From positions 32,001 through 96,000 of IMG/VR virus record IMGVR_UViG_3300035390_000014: a stretch of DNA of 64,000 nt; one strand, 5' to 3'. Positions 29,764 through 39,362 of the stretch are shown here, one piece after another; positions within the stretch are counted from its first letter, which is position 1, and each line of letters begins with the position of its first letter. The notes under the pieces are model-generated. The model did no database searches, had not been told where the DNA came from, and was given only the letters and a program-made list of their open reading frames with translations. Made by a program: the position numbers and the translations under genes. The DNA is from a virus (taxonomy: Duplodnaviria; Caudoviricetes).

Positions 29764-30036
29764 TTAATCCTCAACCCCGGCGTCTTTTTCCATTTTTGCC
29801 AATCTAGTGTAATAGTCAGAAATTTCAGCTAAATGATCTTTCGCAATACGCTCTGCTATTTTAGGATTATTAGTATGCTCTTTTTCAACTTCTATACCCA
29901 TTTTTAATTGTTCTGAATCATAAGAACCATTGAAATTAGTGGATTTGCCTGGGCCTAAAAATTTTTCAATTTCATCTGGTATACCATTAGATTCATGTAA
30001 GTGATTTAAATAGGTTTTTATTTTTTTATTTAACAT
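29764..30036 (-). CDS. DUF5661-like protein
   Basis: QLKMGIEVEKEHT...IAKDHLAE...YYTRL; N-terminal TYLNHLHE/S. Confidence 0.8.
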   Translation of the reverse strand: MLNKKIKTYLNHLHESNGIPDEIEKFLGPGKSTNFNGSYDSEQLKMGIEVEKEHTNNPKIAERIAKDHLAEISDYYTRLAKMEKDAGVED

Positions 30037-30038
30037 AA

Positions 30039-30587
30039 CTAACCTCTTTTAATATTATTTTTATAATCCTCCAATGCTAACATAGCAAGACAATATGCAT
30101 CACAAATATTATCATCCTTAAAATCAATACCATATTTACATTTTGCTACACGCATCATCAAAGCTTTATCAGCATGTCCATCAGTTGTGTGCCATTTTTT
30201 TAATTGAGTTGGTGGTATTACTGCATAATAGGTATCTGATTTTATAAGTTTATTTAAAATTAAATACAATAAACCACATCTTTCAAATAACGTTGGACTA
30301 TTTGAACTATAAGCTAATCCTTCTATATATACGGATTGTAATCTAGCAACTTCATCTATATATCCTAATTGATCAAAAATATCAGATACTCTTTGTTCTC
30401 CACTCATATAACATTCTTTATCAGTTGAAATTAAATGCTCGTATTCAATTTCAGCTTTGTCATTAATTATAACAACCGCATTTCCTTTTAATGATGGATC
30501 AATACCAACAAAATGTTTTTCTAGGTTGTGCCAATCTTCGCCTTTTTCCATCTCTTCAAACATTTTACTTATATTAGCTTTACTCAT
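30039..30587 (-). CDS. RuvC-like Holliday junction resolvase
   Basis: VGIDPS, VYIEG, PPTQLKK, DNICDAYCLA. Confidence 0.85.
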   Translation of the reverse strand: MSKANISKMFEEMEKGEDWHNLEKHFVGIDPSLKGNAVVIINDKAEIEYEHLISTDKECYMSGEQRVSDIFDQLGYIDEVARLQSVYIEGLAYSSNSPTLFERCGLLYLILNKLIKSDTYYAVIPPTQLKKWHTTDGHADKALMMRVAKCKYGIDFKDDNICDAYCLAMLALEDYKNNIKRG

Positions 30588-30856
30588 ATTATCATAATCC
30601 CAGGGTTATTAATTAATTCGATTAATACATCACCATGACATGCCTTAGGTTTACACCAACAACCAAGTACCTTACCTTTTAACTTTGGCAATGACTCCAT
30701 TATTTCTTTATTTTTTAAAGCATATATTCTATATTTCGCAATAACTTCTGATCTAGATCCATCTTTCCCTATAATAAATGGATTGCCCCATATTGTTCCA
30801 TGGCCAATATAAATATCATAATTAGATTTTTCGCAATGAACTATTTTAGTAGTCAT
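30584..30856 (-). CDS. DUF4326-like protein
   Basis: YDIYIGHGTIWGNPF...LKGKVLGCWCKPKACHGDVL. Confidence 0.85.
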   Translation of the reverse strand: MTTKIVHCEKSNYDIYIGHGTIWGNPFIIGKDGSRSEVIAKYRIYALKNKEIMESLPKLKGKVLGCWCKPKACHGDVLIELINNPGIMII

Positions 30857-31053
30857 TATTTATTTCTATTTCTACCCCCAGGAAATCCTGGACTTTGATT
30901 TTGACCATCACCACGTTTATTTCCTTGGTTGCCCCATTTACCCAATCCACCACCACTACCATCTTTTCTTCTTTCTCTTCTTGGTGTTGGAGTTCCTTGA
31001 CCATCTGTTTTGGGTCCATTGCCGTCAGGACCAGTTCCATCTTTATAAGGCAT
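30856..31053 (-). CDS. Gly-rich small protein, DUF5320-like
   Basis: MPYKDGTGPDGNGP...GGGLG N-terminal pattern; AGGAG RBS. Confidence 0.55.
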   Translation of the reverse strand: MPYKDGTGPDGNGPKTDGQGTPTPRRERRKDGSGGGLGKWGNQGNKRGDGQNQSPGFPGGRNRNK

Positions 31054-31072
31054 AATAATCTCCTTTATATTA

Positions 31073-31294
31073 TTATAGTGACCATTCTGGATTTCTTGTT
31101 ATTGAAGCATTTGACCACATATTAGATTCTTCTATTTTTGTAATTGCATTAGATTTTTCTTTACTATCAGGACATAATTCATTTACTAGTTCACAATACT
31201 CTTTAGCCATATTTCTTAATCTTTCATATTTTATAAGATCATGTGGCATTGGTTTATGATATGTAAAATTATTTTCAATTTCTGTCTTTTTCAT
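31073..31294 (-). CDS. Acb2/Tad1-like hairpin protein (candidate cyclic-nucleotide sponge)
   Basis: NNFTYHKP...LCPDSKEKSNAITKIEESNMWSNASI; start revised to MKKTEIE with GGAG RBS. Confidence 0.72.
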   Translation of the reverse strand: MKKTEIENNFTYHKPMPHDLIKYERLRNMAKEYCELVNELCPDSKEKSNAITKIEESNMWSNASITRNPEWSL

Positions 31295-31601
31295 TAGGTT
31301 CTCCTTGTTCATAAAAATATGGATTATTATCTTCATCATATTCTTCTTCTGACCAATACAATTTATCACAATGTGGACATATTGGATTTAAAACCCCATG
31401 TTGTACAGTTCCACACCTTGGACAAGCAATCTCTCCAACTGGAACTTTATATTTTAATGCTGGATCTCTTGGCCAATCTTGATCTTTTAATTCTTTATCA
31501 TGAGCTTTAGCACATTCTTCACAACAAAATAATTGAAATATAGTATCTTTATCATTTTTCCATACATAATATTCTTTTTGACAATATAAGCATATAGCCA
31601 T
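31275..31601 (-). CDS. Cys-rich zinc-binding hypothetical protein
   Basis: CLYC, CCEEC, CPRC, CPHC. Confidence 0.7.
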   Translation of the reverse strand: MAICLYCQKEYYVWKNDKDTIFQLFCCEECAKAHDKELKDQDWPRDPALKYKVPVGEIACPRCGTVQHGVLNPICPHCDKLYWSEEEYDEDNNPYFYEQGEPNEKDRN

Positions 31602-31765
31602 TAGTATTCCTTTAATTGATTTCTAATATATTTTTTAGCTTCTTGTCTTGCTTTTTTCTTTCCGCAAGTACCCATATCTTCCCACCAATTTTTTAAACCA
31701 TGTAAAAGTTTATATGGATGATTTCTATAATTATATCTTATTTTTTTATTTCCATATGGTTGCAT
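31601..31765 (-). CDS. Small basic hypothetical protein
   Basis: MQPYGNKK...KKKARQEAKK; the start at 31765 avoids overlap with the neck gene. Confidence 0.6.
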   Translation of the reverse strand: MQPYGNKKIRYNYRNHPYKLLHGLKNWWEDMGTCGKKKARQEAKKYIRNQLKEY

Positions 31766-31769
31766 AATA

Positions 31770-32483
31770 TTATCCAAAATCAATTGAAACGTTTGGTAAG
31801 TATAATCTTTCACATTTTTCAATACATTGTTCTTTTAACTCTTTACCTTCATCACCAACTTCTTCATTTAAAGGAATTTCTCCAAATGGTGTTCTGATTT
31901 GTCCACCATATTTTTTTCTTATTCTACCAATTTGAATCATGATATCAGCTAATGCAAATTTACAAAATAAAATTTGATGTTCATTTGGAATATCTCTTAG
32001 ATCTTCTGGTTGCATTCTTTCATACTCTATAGTACAATTCCCACTAGTTGGAGCTGGAGATATTCTAACTATGTTAGGAGTTCTAAATTCAAAAGTTTTA
32101 TCCCAATTTGAAAACATTTTTAATTGTCCAGCCATTTCTGTAGCTAAAGCCCAATCTCTAATTTCAAAATGAGACATTGGCCCCATTATCGGTGCTCCAT
32201 TTATTAATTCATCCCCACCATCAAAATAAATATCAATAACATTTAAAATTTCAATATTATCAGGATCTTTAATATAAAATTCATTTTGAATATTAGGAAC
32301 TTTGTAATTACAATTTGAAAAACATAATGGAACTTTATTAACAGATGGTACATACTCAGAAAATTCTCTAAGCGTATAAGTTACAAATCGTTGAATTATT
32401 TGTTTATCATCTAGTTCTACGTGAACATGTGGAAAACCTAAATGATCTTTTATATATCCAAGAACTCTTGAATGATTTAGCAT
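31770..32483 (-). CDS. Neck protein, T4 gp13-like
   Basis: YIKDHLGFPHVHVELDDKQI and ALADIMIQIGRIRKKYGG...IPLN...EGKE. Confidence 0.78.
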   Translation of the reverse strand: MLNHSRVLGYIKDHLGFPHVHVELDDKQIIQRFVTYTLREFSEYVPSVNKVPLCFSNCNYKVPNIQNEFYIKDPDNIEILNVIDIYFDGGDELINGAPIMGPMSHFEIRDWALATEMAGQLKMFSNWDKTFEFRTPNIVRISPAPTSGNCTIEYERMQPEDLRDIPNEHQILFCKFALADIMIQIGRIRKKYGGQIRTPFGEIPLNEEVGDEGKELKEQCIEKCERLYLPNVSIDFG

Positions 32484-32494
32484 AACATTCTCCT

Positions 32495-33637
32495 TTATGT
32501 ATATACTATATCGAGGTCTTCTCCTAAAATTTCAACGTTGTTTTTCTCAAGTGCTGATCTCATTGCTTCTAATGAAACAGATTCGTTTTTCTCCATTATT
32601 CCTTCAAATCTCTTTTTTCTTCCTAACATTTCAGTTGTGTCTGGGTCGTCAAAAACTCTCGATAATATTTCAAAAGATACTAGTTTGAGATTGTTAGAAA
32701 TCAACTTTTCATTACGTTCTGCATCCAGTATCTTATTTATATGTTTGTTCTTATAATCAACCGATGTATCAAAGATTGGTCTGTTCTTTAAAACATTTTC
32801 ATTTAATTCGTCCATAGTACCAACCATTTTCTTTAACATTGGAAAAATCTTTAAAAATGTAACACCTCCAATTCCCTTAATTCCAAATACATCATCTCCT
32901 GGATCACCCATTATAGCAATAGCTAATGGTTGATATTCATCATCACCAATCCAAGGTTTTTTAGTTTGTTTTGTCATCCCTTCACCAGGTTTAACAATTG
33001 ATTTACCTTGTGAAGTTTTAACAAAATTAAATGAATGTTCACTTAAATTTTGAGACATATCGTGATCATTTGAATAGGTAATATTACCAACATTTGAATC
33101 TGTAGTTATGTCATCAGTTGAATCTACATAATTTCTTGTCATTAGATAATATGGAACAAAATCAGCTTCAAGATTTAATAATCTAATTACTTTAACATCC
33201 GGCATTTTGTTAAAAGCTTTTTCAATAAATCCCAAATTTTGTCTTAATACTTCAAAAAATAATTCTCTATCAACTGCGTCTAAACCATATAAATCATCAA
33301 TACGTCTTGAGATTTTATATTTTTTACTAATATTATTATGATAATATGATTTACCGCTTTCAAAAAATACATAGAAATTTATTTTAATATTTCTTTTTGC
33401 TGCATATGTTTTATGAAATGATATAAAAGATAACAATGAAGTGAATATAGATGTGTCATGTCTATTAGCCATTTTTGTTGATTCAATTAAATTAACAATA
33501 GCATGTTCCATATAAACGGATTGTAAACAATTTTTTAAATCCACATAAATATTCAATGTATTATAATTTTTATATGATACTATTTCATCGAGAATCGAAT
33601 ATGTTGGGTAGTATGAAAGCAGCGAGGCGACTGACAT
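32495..33637 (-). CDS. 5'-3' exonuclease / phage RNase H (FEN family)
   Basis: YVDLKN, KYKISR, LEADF, SNDHD, H3TH motif MGDPGDDVFGIKGIG. Confidence 0.9.
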   Translation of the reverse strand: MSVASLLSYYPTYSILDEIVSYKNYNTLNIYVDLKNCLQSVYMEHAIVNLIESTKMANRHDTSIFTSLLSFISFHKTYAAKRNIKINFYVFFESGKSYYHNNISKKYKISRRIDDLYGLDAVDRELFFEVLRQNLGFIEKAFNKMPDVKVIRLLNLEADFVPYYLMTRNYVDSTDDITTDSNVGNITYSNDHDMSQNLSEHSFNFVKTSQGKSIVKPGEGMTKQTKKPWIGDDEYQPLAIAIMGDPGDDVFGIKGIGGVTFLKIFPMLKKMVGTMDELNENVLKNRPIFDTSVDYKNKHINKILDAERNEKLISNNLKLVSFEILSRVFDDPDTTEMLGRKKRFEGIMEKNESVSLEAMRSALEKNNVEILGEDLDIVYT

Positions 33638-33638
33638 T

Positions 33639-34694
33639 TTATATCTCCTTTAATAATTCATTTAATCTAATAGAAGAATTTTTACTTTTACTTCTATTTT
33701 CACAATCTTTTAAAATTTCTAAATTTTTCCAATGCCCAATTATTTTATGGTCAATATTATTTTTAAATCCATCATATATAGAATATTTATGATCTAAATC
33801 ATAGCCAAATTCACGACCTCTTAACTCAAAATTTTTAATTTTATGACCATATTTTTGGATAGAATTGTATGTTGATTTATAAACCAAATTTATATAATTA
33901 TTATATTCATTAGATATATTTGGGTCAGAATGTAAATTAAATAATTCACATTCTTGTTTGCATTCGTCACAACAATAAAAATATGATGTATTATTATTTA
34001 ATCCTGTAATACGTTGTTCAATTTCTCTTTTTTCTGGAGTAAACCAACCACCTTGTTCTTTTGAATTAGAACAATTGTTATTTTTACAATGAACTTGTAT
34101 TTCTTTTTCACCCGGTTTGTCAGGATTATATCTCATTTCTTCAACTTTAGTTAATATTGGGTGTTTTCTTTTTAATTTTTCTATAGTTCTTTTTTTAGAG
34201 TTAATTCTATGATTTCTTTTTTCATCTGATTCATTATCAAAATATTTTTTAGAACCAAGTTTAGCTTTTTTAATTCTTAAATTGCGTTCTTCAATGGTTT
34301 CATTTTTAAATCTTTTTAATGAAGCTTTAGAGCAGTTTTTTCTTTTAATATAATTTTTTTTCATTAAAGGTATTATTTTTTCTCTAAATTTATTATCAGA
34401 CCACATTTTAATTGAATTGATTCTTTGTTTTTCTAAAAATTCTGGAGTATTACATGTTTCTTTTAATTTTTTAATTCTCTGATTTTTTTGTTCTTCAGTT
34501 TCATTAGCTAATTGTCTTAACGTATTTTTTCTAGCTTTTTCTTTAAATTCTTTTGTGTTATGAGTTTCTTTTGATTTAATACTAGTTTCTTTTCTTTTAA
34601 TTGGACATTGTTGCCAAAATTCACAACATGTATATTTACCACTTTTATTTTTAAATTTTCCTTCTTGCCCACAACCATATATACATAATTCCAT
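33639..34694 (-). mobile_element. Free-standing HNH homing endonuclease
   Basis: N-terminal CxYGCG zinc motif, basic repeats, Cys cluster, C-terminal DLDHKYS...NLEIL...ENRSK. Confidence 0.75.
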
Positions 34695-34709
34695 ATCATA
34701 TTTCCTTTT

Positions 34710-34725
34710 TTATAATATGTTCTAA
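34710..34725 (-). promoter_or_regulatory. Putative phage promoter (AGAACATATTATAA)
   Basis: Identical to the 16-mer at 3685-3700. Confidence 0.6.
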
Positions 34726-34753
34726 ATATAAGTAAGTATTGGTGTAGGATGCA

Positions 34754-35086
34754 TTATTCTTCTCCAAACATATTTATTTCAACTTCTGCAGTTACTGTAT
34801 CGCCAACATTTACATATTGACCAGCATTAAAATTCTTTTTTCTTCTTATATCCATCTCTGGCACACACCATTCAAGATATTGAAGATCACAATCTTTTTG
34901 AACTGAAGCTTCAATTTCACAACTAATACCTTTAGCATTTATTGGAAACATTGATTCTCCTATAAGTTGACCACATATAAAAATTTGGAGATTAGTTTCA
35001 TGAACTTTATCATTTAATATAAACCAATCTCTAAAATCTTCATATTTTCTTTTTATATCAAATTCGCACTTTATAACATTTAACAT
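34754..35086 (-). CDS. Hypothetical protein
   Basis: 110 aa ORF with GAGGTG RBS. Confidence 0.75.
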   Translation of the reverse strand: MLNVIKCEFDIKRKYEDFRDWFILNDKVHETNLQIFICGQLIGESMFPINAKGISCEIEASVQKDCDLQYLEWCVPEMDIRRKKNFNAGQYVNVGDTVTAEVEINMFGEE

Positions 35087-35098
35087 AATTCACCTCAA

Positions 35099-35132
35099 TA
35101 TTAAGGGGGATAAATTAATACCCCCCTTAATA
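35099..35132 (-). terminator. Intergenic hairpin, probable terminator
   Basis: TATTAAGGGGG/CCCCCTTAATA 11-bp inverted repeat directly after the clamp gene; U-tract weak. Confidence 0.55.
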
Positions 35133-35138
35133 ATATAG

Positions 35139-35891
35139 TTATTCCTCTATCAAACTGCTTCTACCATAGATAGAAATATCAATATCACCAATAGCAGTTT
35201 TAAAAGTATTTGAGCAAATCTGTTCTTGATAATTATACATTTTCAATTCAATTTTTCCATCATGGTCAATAATAAATGGAGTATTAGTCAAACTACTAGT
35301 ACATTCCATTGGACGTTCTAGAGTAATAGCAGATAGAATTTTAGCACTTTGATCATGCCCCTGAGTTTCCATAGTAATAGAAGCTACTTCATTCTCAAAT
35401 GAAATTTGTGTTGAATTTACATTGAAACTCTGAGCAATAATCCTCATTCTGTCTGAGATATTTAGCTCTATATCAGTTGCTAGAATTACATCTTCTTCAT
35501 TCAATGTAAAAATATGCTCAAGTTCCTCGGATGTAATAAACCTATTATCCATGTATTCAAGCTCTGGGCCTTGAAATTTAATAGAAGAATATTCATCTGA
35601 AAAAGTAAAATTTCCATCATCATCTACAACAATATCAATGGTTTGACTCTGAGTCGAACTTTGACTCAAGAAGATTTTTAACAAATCTAATTTTTGTTTT
35701 AGGTTAACCAATGGTACATCAAGTGTATCAATAATTGGAGTCATATCAATTTCAAATACATTGGCATTATCATTAGTTCTCTGTCTCAGGATTCCACCAT
35801 GAATGTCTGCATCATTGCAAACATCTTTTAAAATTGACAAACATCTCAAGAATTGTTCATAATTCTCCATACTCATATTCACTTGTTCCAT
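35139..35891 (-). CDS. Sliding clamp, T4 gp45-like
   Basis: FEIDMTPIIDTLDVPLVNLKQKLDLL and DDGNFTFSDEYSSIKF align by eye with the gp45 N-terminal domain; 250 aa; near primase and clamp loader. Confidence 0.72.
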   Translation of the reverse strand: MEQVNMSMENYEQFLRCLSILKDVCNDADIHGGILRQRTNDNANVFEIDMTPIIDTLDVPLVNLKQKLDLLKIFLSQSSTQSQTIDIVVDDDGNFTFSDEYSSIKFQGPELEYMDNRFITSEELEHIFTLNEEDVILATDIELNISDRMRIIAQSFNVNSTQISFENEVASITMETQGHDQSAKILSAITLERPMECTSSLTNTPFIIDHDGKIELKMYNYQEQICSNTFKTAIGDIDISIYGRSSLIEE

Positions 35892-35904
35892 GTTTCTTTT
35901 CTCC

Positions 35905-36291
35905 TTAGTTACCGTTATTTAATTTTTTAACAATTGTTACATAAATAAATTTATCATCTTTTATTTCTTTAGATTTTATATAATCCAAAGTAATAAATAC
36001 ACTTTCACCTAATTCAACTATATCCATAACTTTATCTGCTATAAATTTTGTACTCGATTCTTCACCATTCGGTATCGAAAATATAATTAATATAGAATCG
36101 GTTTTTTCATGGGTATAATTAAACATACATGTATTTAACCCTAAAAACTTATACAATTTTTCTTGGGCAGTTGCCTTACAAAATAAACCAAAATAATCTA
36201 AATTTTTTAGATTGCCTGAATATTGTATATCAACATTTTCAATGGTTGCTTCAAATGCTTCTCTAAATTTTTGCTCTAGTTTTTTATTCAT
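35905..36291 (-). CDS. Hypothetical protein
   Basis: 128 aa ORF in the replication operon. Confidence 0.75.
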   Translation of the reverse strand: MNKKLEQKFREAFEATIENVDIQYSGNLKNLDYFGLFCKATAQEKLYKFLGLNTCMFNYTHEKTDSILIIFSIPNGEESSTKFIADKVMDIVELGESVFITLDYIKSKEIKDDKFIYVTIVKKLNNGN

Positions 36292-36302
36292 ATTTCCCTC
36301 TT

Positions 36303-37292
36303 TTAGCTTAAAATATTTGTACAGCTTATATTAATTGGAGTATCATTAAAATCTTTACCTGTTTTGTTATAATAAACATGTAAGGATTTAATTATGTGTT
36401 TATTATATTTCATAATTTTTTCATAGTAACTTATCGGTATTTCTCTATCTGAAAGAATATGTATTGTAGGTCTAAATATTAATTCATTGAAAATAACGCT
36501 TTTAATAGCTGCTACATATGAAGTTGATAATGCTGCTATATAAGCTCTTACTTTATTTTTTATACCTAATACATCATATATATGTTCCGCATATATATCA
36601 AATATTCCCTCTGCCATTATTATATGATTTGAATCTCTTCTATTTCCAAATAATTTATAATAGTCTAAAAGCTGGGAAGGTTGTAAATCTAATTTATAAT
36701 ATCTAAAATTTGATGTTCCATCTATATTTCTCAATGACACGCATGAATTATTTTCAGTTAAAAATCCAACAAAATTTGTATGCAAATAATCTTTAAATCT
36801 TATAACTTTTTCTGGTAATTGAATATTATTAATTTTTAATAATTCATTTACATCAAATACTAAACCTGGTACTGTTGATAGAGGTATATTAGCAAATTTA
36901 AATCTTTGTTTGATATATAAGGCTTTTAATTTAAAATAATCCTCTCTTAAGTCTGGTAAGGTTATATCTTTTGGTTTATAAATATTTTTTTCAAATTTTA
37001 CTTTTTCTACTTTAAAATGTTTAACTTGCTCCTGATTAACATATTTTATAGAAGTATCATTACCTTCTATTTTTTCTGTTAATTTTCTTATTAAACCACT
37101 TTGATTACACCCACCTCTAAAACAATGAAATATTGGATCATGTAGAGATATCCATAAATGACTTTTACTACTTGACATAGTTTTATCACACCAAGGACAA
37201 GGAACAATAATATTTTTAGGATTCATTTTAACTGGACCTAAATTTTGCTCCAAATAATCTATAAATCCATCATTATATATTCCTACTGTCAT
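36303..37292 (-). CDS. DNA primase (zinc finger plus TOPRIM)
   Basis: CPWC...HCFRGGC; IIMAEGIFD; ILSDRE. Confidence 0.88.
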   Translation of the reverse strand: MTVGIYNDGFIDYLEQNLGPVKMNPKNIIVPCPWCDKTMSSSKSHLWISLHDPIFHCFRGGCNQSGLIRKLTEKIEGNDTSIKYVNQEQVKHFKVEKVKFEKNIYKPKDITLPDLREDYFKLKALYIKQRFKFANIPLSTVPGLVFDVNELLKINNIQLPEKVIRFKDYLHTNFVGFLTENNSCVSLRNIDGTSNFRYYKLDLQPSQLLDYYKLFGNRRDSNHIIMAEGIFDIYAEHIYDVLGIKNKVRAYIAALSTSYVAAIKSVIFNELIFRPTIHILSDREIPISYYEKIMKYNKHIIKSLHVYYNKTGKDFNDTPINISCTNILS

Positions 37293-37528
37293 TTAATTAT
37301 CCTTTTTTTAAATGTATAACCATACATTACAAATGAGTGATTTCAACCAATACAATCAATTATATATTCAGAAAATGCCTGTCTAACATTGAATTTATTA
37401 TTTGTTCCACAATCAGGACAAATATTCTTAATTAAATGTTCAGTAGTTCCAAGACGAGATCTAGCATAAACTTTATCACATATCTCAGAACATATTGGTT
37501 TAACCAAACATTCTCTACATGGATACAT
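37289..37528 (-). CDS. Zinc-ribbon protein with in-frame TGA (37343-37345) at a CxxC position; candidate selenoprotein (79 aa)
   Basis: ...CPDCG...IIDCIG[TGA]NHSFVMYGYTFKKRIIK*; the read-through frame ends in an ATGA overlap with the primase start. Confidence 0.7.
37307..37333 (-). promoter_or_regulatory. Candidate bacterial-type SECIS element
   Basis: AAUGUAU-GGUU-AUACAUU perfect 7-bp stem; loop begins 21 nt after the UGA; extendable below a bulged U. Confidence 0.6.
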
Positions 37529-37800
37529 TAGCTTTCAATATAACCTTCTGCTAGTTTAGTACATCTAACAATCATCCATTTAAAGAAAGTTTCTGAATCT
37601 TTAATATCTTTCATTTTAATTTGAGAATACATAATATCTTTCATTGGTCTAAAAAAAAGATCAAAATTTAATGTTTCCCCTGATGGAGATTCTACTTTTT
37701 TCATTGGACAACCACCTGCTACTGGAGGATGTGAAAAACCACATTCTGGACATATTCCTTGACTCATACCCATTCCACTATTACCTTGTTCATTACCCAT
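37528..37800 (-). CDS. Small hypothetical protein with CPECG
   Basis: 90 aa ORF with AGGAG RBS. Confidence 0.75.
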   Translation of the reverse strand: MGNEQGNSGMGMSQGICPECGFSHPPVAGGCPMKKVESPSGETLNFDLFFRPMKDIMYSQIKMKDIKDSETFFKWMIVRCTKLAEGYIES

Positions 37801-37844
37801 TTTTAGCTCCTATATGTTTTAATTCTATTTAACAAATTTATCAG

Positions 37845-38171
37845 TCAACCACCTGATCTCATATATTGAATCCAATCTAAAACTCCAGTACCATTACAAG
37901 TAGTACATACTTTTTCATACCCTCCACCTCCACCACATTTTGGACATAACTTCATAGTTACTGTTTCTTCCCATTCTAAATAACCAATACCTTTGCATTT
38001 ATCACAAAATGAATGTCCATCCCATGATGAATCACCAAGACTATTATGATGAACATTTTTAAGTCCAGTACCACTACATTCATCACATAAACGTAGTCCT
38101 TTATGGAAATGTGTTTTTATAACTTCTCTTTTTCTATTCGACTTTAATTGCTCGCTCGGGGATAGGTACAT
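37845..38171 (-). CDS. DnaJ-type zinc-finger protein
   Basis: Four CxxCxGxG repeats; no J-domain. Confidence 0.75.
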   Translation of the reverse strand: MYLSPSEQLKSNRKREVIKTHFHKGLRLCDECSGTGLKNVHHNSLGDSSWDGHSFCDKCKGIGYLEWEETVTMKLCPKCGGGGGYEKVCTTCNGTGVLDWIQYMRSGG

Positions 38172-38311
38172 TTTTAATTGCCTCCACAGAATCTTTTAGA
38201 ATCTGATTAAATCCGACTTCCATCAATAATCTTGCTTCTTCTGATTCTAAATCCATTGTTACTATTGCTGAACCATCTGGTTGTTCTATTATATCTATAA
38301 TTTTCATTTTA

Positions 38312-39295
38312 TCACCTCTTTAAATTTGCAAAATATTGAGTTGCGGATTGAATCATCTCAAATATCATAGATGATACATGCATTGACGGAACTAAACATG
38401 TGAGATGATCTCTTGATGCTTTATTAATTATAATTTTGGCAGGAACAGGAATTGATTTATGTTTAAATAAAGCTTCATATATATTTCCATATTCTAAATC
38501 AGGTTTATCAAGTAAAGTAATAACATTACCCATCTCTTTATTAATTTTTGCTGGAGTCCCTGCTTTAATATAATTCATTATTTCTACAATAGAACCAATT
38601 AAAGCTTTTTCAGTTGTTAAAGCAATATCTTTATTAATAAGTAATTTACCAGTGTTAGTATTACGTTGCAGTGTATTAACAATCTTTCTAACATCTGGAT
38701 ATAAATTTTCAACTACAAATCTAATATCTTCATCTGTATATTCAATATTTTCTTCTTTTAAGATTTTAGAAGCATATGCTTCAACATAGTCCATAGGTAT
38801 CTGTTTGAAAACAAACGGTGTGAACCGACTCTGGACGGGGTCTGGGACCTTACTTAAGTAGTTACAGGTTCCAATAAATCTTCCATATCGTGTTTGATAT
38901 TTTTCAATAACTCCACGTAAAGACTTGAACGAATCCAGTGTAAGGTTATCAATTTCGTCAATAAAAACGATTTTATAGCGATCATCTCCAGCGGGTGGAA
39001 CTTTCAAAAAGGGTTCTATTACCTCTTGGACAAAATTTATTGATCTTGCTTCTCTTGAAGAACCATTTGCTTCTAAAAGATTTGATTTTGGCGTATTAAG
39101 AACCCCTTGTGGAGAGCATATGATCCTAGCCAGAGTTGTTTTGCCCCCACCAGCCGGGCCAGAAAGTAGCATATTAGGAATGTCTCCTTTTCCAACAAAC
39201 ATCTCAATTTCGTCTTTATAGTTCTGAGGGAGTACCATATCACCAACCGTCTTTGGGCGCCAGCGCTCAACCCATAAATTACTCTCAATTTTCAT
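38312..39295 (-). CDS. Clamp loader AAA+ subunit (RFC/gp44-like)
   Basis: WVERWRPKT, GPAGGGKTT, IVFIDEID, VQSRF. Confidence 0.93.
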   Translation of the reverse strand: MKIESNLWVERWRPKTVGDMVLPQNYKDEIEMFVGKGDIPNMLLSGPAGGGKTTLARIICSPQGVLNTPKSNLLEANGSSREARSINFVQEVIEPFLKVPPAGDDRYKIVFIDEIDNLTLDSFKSLRGVIEKYQTRYGRFIGTCNYLSKVPDPVQSRFTPFVFKQIPMDYVEAYASKILKEENIEYTDEDIRFVVENLYPDVRKIVNTLQRNTNTGKLLINKDIALTTEKALIGSIVEIMNYIKAGTPAKINKEMGNVITLLDKPDLEYGNIYEALFKHKSIPVPAKIIINKASRDHLTCLVPSMHVSSMIFEMIQSATQYFANLKR

Positions 39296-39330
39296 TCTTT
39301 ATTCTCCATTCTCTAATTAACTTTTATCCT

Positions 39331-39346
39331 TTATAATATGTTCCTA
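39331..39346 (-). promoter_or_regulatory. Putative phage promoter (GGAACATATTATAA)
   Basis: Motif copy 35 bp upstream of the clamp loader. Confidence 0.6.
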
Positions 39347-39362
39347 CTTGTCAAAATAGTTT

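Noticed and set aside
37800-37847. Read-through of the TGA ending the DnaJ-type zinc-finger gene
   Set aside because: All four CxxCxGxG repeats are already complete and no SECIS-like hairpin follows.
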